From Deltaproteobacteria bacterium (GTDB lineage Bacteria; Desulfobacterota; JADFXK01), in the NCBI GenBank assembly GCA_015233355.1, contig JADFXY010000001.1, positions 1 to 46,331 of the forward strand: a stretch of DNA of 46,331 nucleotides. Direction: 5' to 3'. The position numbers and the translations under genes are program-made. Position 1 is the first letter of the stretch. The number at the start of each line of letters is the position of its first letter. A model generated the notes under the pieces. It worked only from the letters and a program-made list of their open reading frames with translations. It was not told where the DNA came from and did not search any database. Below, in pieces: positions 42,807-46,331 of the stretch.

Positions 42807-43828
42807 CCACCGGCCTCAACCTGGTTTTTGGACAGGTGAGAATAGCCTTAAAGACAAATCAGCCGACCCTGGTGGATGTATTAGAGGAGTATTTCGGGTC
42901 GTTCGTCTCCACGGAAGGTCCCGCCGACATCACCATTACCGCCCATGAAGCTCCAATTCAGACCTTTCCGTTCTCCTTCACTCAGAAGACGCCGGACCCC
43001 GGTAAGACGAAGGTAAAGGAAGAATATGTGGAACTCGATGATGGGCGGATCGTCCGCAAACGACTGACCGGTCTCTGTTTCGTCTTTAACAGCCGGGAAC
43101 ACCTGGCTATCGGGCCTTGCCTGAGTAATGCCAATCAAATCGTTAATTTTATCAATAATCGTTATATCCAGTGGAAGCTTCACCGGGGCTGCTTGCTGGG
43201 CCATGCCGCGGGAGTCTTGTATCATGGCCGCGGGCTGGCCTTGGCCGGGTTTTCCGGAATGGGCAAATCTACCCTGGCCCTGCACCTGGTCAGCCGAGGG
43301 ACATCTTTTGTCAGTAACGACCGGTTGCTCATCTCTCCCAGCGGCTCCGGCCTGGAGATGAACGGCGTGGCCAAACTCCCCCGGATCAACCCTGGGACCG
43401 TTTTGAACAATCCTATGCTCTCCTCCGTGATTCCGGAAGAGGAGAAAGCGGCGTTTAAGTCTCTCCCTAAGGAAGAGCTATGGGATCTTGAACACAAATA
43501 TGATGTGCCGATCGGTGGAATTTTTGGCCCGTCGCGATTCGCCTTGTCGGCGCCGATGGTGGGTTTGGTCATTTTGAACTGGGACCGGACCGAAGCCCCG
43601 GTGACGGCACAGGAGGTTGATCTGGATCAGCGACGGGATTTGCTGGCCGCCTTCATTAAGTCAGAGGGGTTGTTTTACTTGCCGCTCAACGACGAGTCCG
43701 AACACGACCGTTCGGCCGCGGCCTACATAACCTTTTTGTCTCGATGCCGGGTCTGGGAGATTCGGGGGGGCACGGATTTTTATGCCGCTGCGAATATTTG
43801 TTTCCGGTTCCTTGAGACTCAGGGATAA
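42743..43828 (+). CDS. HprK/P-related P-loop kinase
   Basis: GRGLALAGFSGMGKSTLALHLVSRGTSFVSNDRLLI resembles the HPr kinase/phosphorylase P-loop region (G.SG.GKSE.AL.L...GH.LV.DD). It overlaps the ATP-grasp gene by 64 nt. Confidence 0.6.
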   Translation: MEENPISALDLISRLRTTYPVTTGLNLVFGQVRIALKTNQPTLVDVLEEYFGSFVSTEGPADITITAHEAPIQTFPFSFTQKTPDPGKTKVKEEYVELDDGRIVRKRLTGLCFVFNSREHLAIGPCLSNANQIVNFINNRYIQWKLHRGCLLGHAAGVLYHGRGLALAGFSGMGKSTLALHLVSRGTSFVSNDRLLISPSGSGLEMNGVAKLPRINPGTVLNNPMLSSVIPEEEKAAFKSLPKEELWDLEHKYDVPIGGIFGPSRFALSAPMVGLVILNWDRTEAPVTAQEVDLDQRRDLLAAFIKSEGLFYLPLNDESEHDRSAAAYITFLSRCRVWEIRGGTDFYAAANICFRFLETQG

Positions 43829-43895
43829 CAACTCCCAGCCCAACCGGTCTGGAGGAAACTGTCATAGGCGATGCTTGATAAAAAACAGGTCACAG

Positions 43896-44445
43896 CGTTA
43901 AATAACCCCAGGTAGAAAGGTAGAGACGATGGACAAGCCGAAGATAGAATTAAAGAATACTATAGGCCGAAATGAAGTGATCACCTATTTAGAAGGACTC
44001 GTCGAAGGCTTCAAGGCCGGAAAGATCGTGTTGGAGCAAGGCGACCTGATCCTTGAGATGACTGTTCCCGAAGTGGTCCAGGTTGAAGTGGAAGCCGGAC
44101 AAAAGAAGGATAAGGCCAAGTTTGCGCTGGAACTAACCTGGGACCAAGTCACTGATTCCAAATAATTTGACCCCTTGCCTCGTTAAATAACCCCGGGTAG
44201 AAAGGTAGAGTCGATGGATAAGCCGAAGATAGAATTAAAGAATACTATGGGCCGAAATGAAGTGATCACCTATTTAGAAGGACTCGTCGAAGGCTTCAAG
44301 GCCGGGAAGATCGTGTTGGAGCAAGGATACCAAATCCTCGAGATGACTGTTCCCGAAGTGGTCCAGGTGGAAGTGGAAGCTAAACAAAAGAAGGATAAGG
44401 CCAAGTTTGCGCTGGAACTAACCTGGTATCAAATTGCTGATCCAG
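43896..44445 (+). repeat. Tandem duplication (285-bp offset) covering RBS and most of two amphi-Trp genes
   Basis: 43896-44160 and 44181-44445 are near-identical (CGTTAAATAACCCC[A/G]GGTAGAAAGGTAGAG[A/T]CGATGGA[C/T]AAGCCGAAGATAGAATTAAAGAATACTAT...). They diverge only after ...LELTW. Confidence 0.85.
43929..44165 (+). CDS. Small amphi-Trp domain protein (78 aa)
   Basis: MDKPKIELKNTIGRNEVITYLEGLVEGFKAGKIVLEQGDLILEMTVPEVVQVEVEAGQKKDKAKFALELTWDQ. RBS GAAAGG. Confidence 0.6.
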   Translation: MDKPKIELKNTIGRNEVITYLEGLVEGFKAGKIVLEQGDLILEMTVPEVVQVEVEAGQKKDKAKFALELTWDQVTDSK

Positions 44446-44684
44446 ATGAATGTGACTCCGTCAAGATCTCGGGCCAAAACCCGGAGAAGGCGGTTTTAGC
44501 CGCAGGATTTGAGGAAGTCGGCGACAAAGAGCCAACGTTGGACAATAATGAGCATAGGTTGTGTATCGATGCCAAGGAAGAGTGCCTCCTTACCATTACG
44601 GTGAAGGAAGAAACCGAACTGGAGTCCGCTGAAAAGGAGTCTGACCGCTTGCTCCGAATCGGCGAAGAGCAATACACATCTTAA
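44214..44684 (+). CDS. Amphi-Trp domain protein with acidic C-terminal extension (156 aa)
   Basis: The first ~72 aa are almost identical to 43929-44165. A ~80-aa Glu/Asp-rich tail follows, ending EEQYTS. Confidence 0.6.
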   Translation: MDKPKIELKNTMGRNEVITYLEGLVEGFKAGKIVLEQGYQILEMTVPEVVQVEVEAKQKKDKAKFALELTWYQIADPDECDSVKISGQNPEKAVLAAGFEEVGDKEPTLDNNEHRLCIDAKEECLLTITVKEETELESAEKESDRLLRIGEEQYTS

Positions 44685-44800
44685 GAAAAAGATTTTGGAT
44701 CCGGCATGAACAAATTCCCGCGGGCAGGGACGCCTGCGCCACCAGAAAAACAGATTCTTTTTTACAAACCTATAACTTATAAATGCTGTTGGAGCATGAC

Positions 44801-46159
44801 ATGATCGATCCGGTGATTTTTAGAAAATACGACATCCGGGCCGTAGTGGATAAAGAACTCGACGATACCGGGGTAATCAACCTGGGTCGGGCCATGGGGA
44901 CATATTTCCAAACCAGGGGTATGGATAGGATCACCTTAGGCCGCGATGGCCGGTTGAGCTCTGACAGGTATGCCGCCTTGTTCTCGGAAGGTTTGATCAG
45001 CACGGGGCTGTCTGTGGCCGACCTCGGACTGGTCACCACCCCGATGCTCTATTTTTCTGTTTATGCTCTGAAGCATCCGGGCGGCGTGATGATCACCGCC
45101 AGTCACAATCCCGCTCAGTACAATGGGTTTAAGATCTGTGTCGGGCCTCATGCCATGACGGAAGCTGAGATTCAAGCCATCCGGGCCCTGGCTCAACGGG
45201 GTGACTTTTACAAAGGAAAAGGGACCATCGAACAATTTGACGTGGCCCCCTTCTATCTGGAATACCTCCTGAAACATATTGATATTCCGCGGCCGGTGGC
45301 CATCGGGGTTGATACGGGGAACGGCTCAGTCGGTCCCATCGCCAAGGCCGTCTATGAGGGTCTGGGATTAAAGGCCATCCACATCTATGCCGATGTGGAT
45401 GGCCGGTTCCCCAATCACCAGCCGGATCCCACCGTGCCGAAGAATATGGTGGATCTCGGGGCCCTGGTCAAGGAGCATGGCCTGGAGGTAGGTCTGGGTT
45501 TTGACGGGGACGGGGATCGCGTTGGGGTGGTGGACGAGGCCGGCCGCCTTATCTATGGGGACAGGTTACTCCTGATCTTTGCCCGAGAGATTCTGGCCCG
45601 CCGGCCTGGGGCTGCCATCGTGGGTGATGTCAAGTGTTCTGATAATCTTTTCCGCGAGATAGAACAACGCGGCGGCCGGGCTAGAATGTGGAAGACTGGA
45701 CACGCCCTAATCAAGCATAAGATGGAAGAAGAAAGAGCCGCCCTGGGCGGGGAGATGAGCGGGCATATTATTTTTGCCGACAGATATTTTGGTTTTGATG
45801 ATGGGATATATGCCGCACTTCGGCTGGTGGAGATCCTGGCCCGAGACAGTCGTCCCTTATCCGAATACCTGGCTGACGTGCCGGAAGGATATATTACCCC
45901 GGAGATACAGATTAGTTGCCCGGACAAACTCAAATCGGCCGTGGTCGCGGAGGTGCGGGATGCCCTGCGCCGGGATTATCAGATTAATGATATTGATGGG
46001 GTCAGGGTCGGCTTTGAACACGGGTGGGGTCTATTGCGGGCGTCCCAGACCATGCCCAAGGTGGTCATGCGCTTCGAGGCGGATACGGAGGAAGAACTCA
46101 ATCGGATCAGATCGATATTCGAGTCCCAGGTCACCCAAGCCCTCCAGGCCAACATATAG
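44801..46159 (+). CDS. Phosphomannomutase / phosphoglucomutase (alpha-D-phosphohexomutase family)
   Basis: Active-site serine loop ITASHNPAQYNGFK. Mg-binding loop GFDGDGDR. Sugar-binding loop GGEMSGH. N-terminal IFRKYDIRA. The start is 44783 or 44801. Confidence 0.9.
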   Translation: MIDPVIFRKYDIRAVVDKELDDTGVINLGRAMGTYFQTRGMDRITLGRDGRLSSDRYAALFSEGLISTGLSVADLGLVTTPMLYFSVYALKHPGGVMITASHNPAQYNGFKICVGPHAMTEAEIQAIRALAQRGDFYKGKGTIEQFDVAPFYLEYLLKHIDIPRPVAIGVDTGNGSVGPIAKAVYEGLGLKAIHIYADVDGRFPNHQPDPTVPKNMVDLGALVKEHGLEVGLGFDGDGDRVGVVDEAGRLIYGDRLLLIFAREILARRPGAAIVGDVKCSDNLFREIEQRGGRARMWKTGHALIKHKMEEERAALGGEMSGHIIFADRYFGFDDGIYAALRLVEILARDSRPLSEYLADVPEGYITPEIQISCPDKLKSAVVAEVRDALRRDYQINDIDGVRVGFEHGWGLLRASQTMPKVVMRFEADTEEELNRIRSIFESQVTQALQANI

Positions 46160-46268
46160 CCCCTACCTCAATGTCATTGACTTAAGGTGCAAGGTCATCG
46201 GATTCTATTCTAATAAATGGTTAATTCCGATGAAGCCCTGAAAGGGCGCTCTAGGTTAGCCCAGGGCA

Positions 46269-46287
46269 ACGCCCTGGGTAGGGGTGG
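46269..46287. other. GC-rich hairpin downstream of the phosphohexomutase gene
   Basis: CCCAGGGC aac GCCCTGGG. No U-tract follows, so it is not a canonical terminator. It may be a REP-type element. Confidence 0.3.
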
Positions 46288-46331
46288 CGACTATATAAAA
46301 ACCATGTAATAGTCACATAAAACCGCCGGCA

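Overview
This 46.3 kb window is a phosphate-starvation (Pho) island from a Gram-negative bacterium. The gene content and repeat style look like an anaerobic Desulfobacterota-type genome, but that is only a guess. Reading left to right: pstSCAB, then a MITE-like repeat, then phoU. An OprO/P-like porin follows, then two tandemly duplicated alkaline phosphatase genes that each carry their own Pho-box-like promoter and terminator. Next come a YibE/F membrane protein and an OlsF-like bifunctional acyltransferase, which suggests synthesis of phosphorus-free aminolipids. After an IS3-family remnant there is a Tat-exported MBL-fold hydrolase interrupted by a single in-frame TGA. It lies convergent with a Cys-type sulfatase and its radical-SAM maturase. 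A pqiA(split)-pqiB-pqiC envelope transport operon follows. A dense signalling block comes next: two very large hybrid histidine kinases with HPt domains, a HisKA_2 kinase, and two response regulators. A second IS3 remnant then precedes a CheY-like regulator, an ArsC/LMW-PTP-like gene and phoB. The most unusual part is 37.8-44.7 kb. It is an eight-gene same-strand cassette containing four amphi-Trp-like small proteins (one ends in a ...KQCH motif), a PHP-like phosphoesterase, a PhoU-domain/APH-type kinase fusion, a RimK-like ATP-grasp ligase and an HprK/P-like P-loop kinase. From memory this resembles the computationally defined but functionally uncharacterised 'GAK system', here in a variant form and embedded in Pho-regulon context. 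The window ends with a phosphomannomutase/phosphoglucomutase gene. I saw no rRNA, tRNA or CRISPR array. All calls rest on motif recognition by eye. No database search was run.
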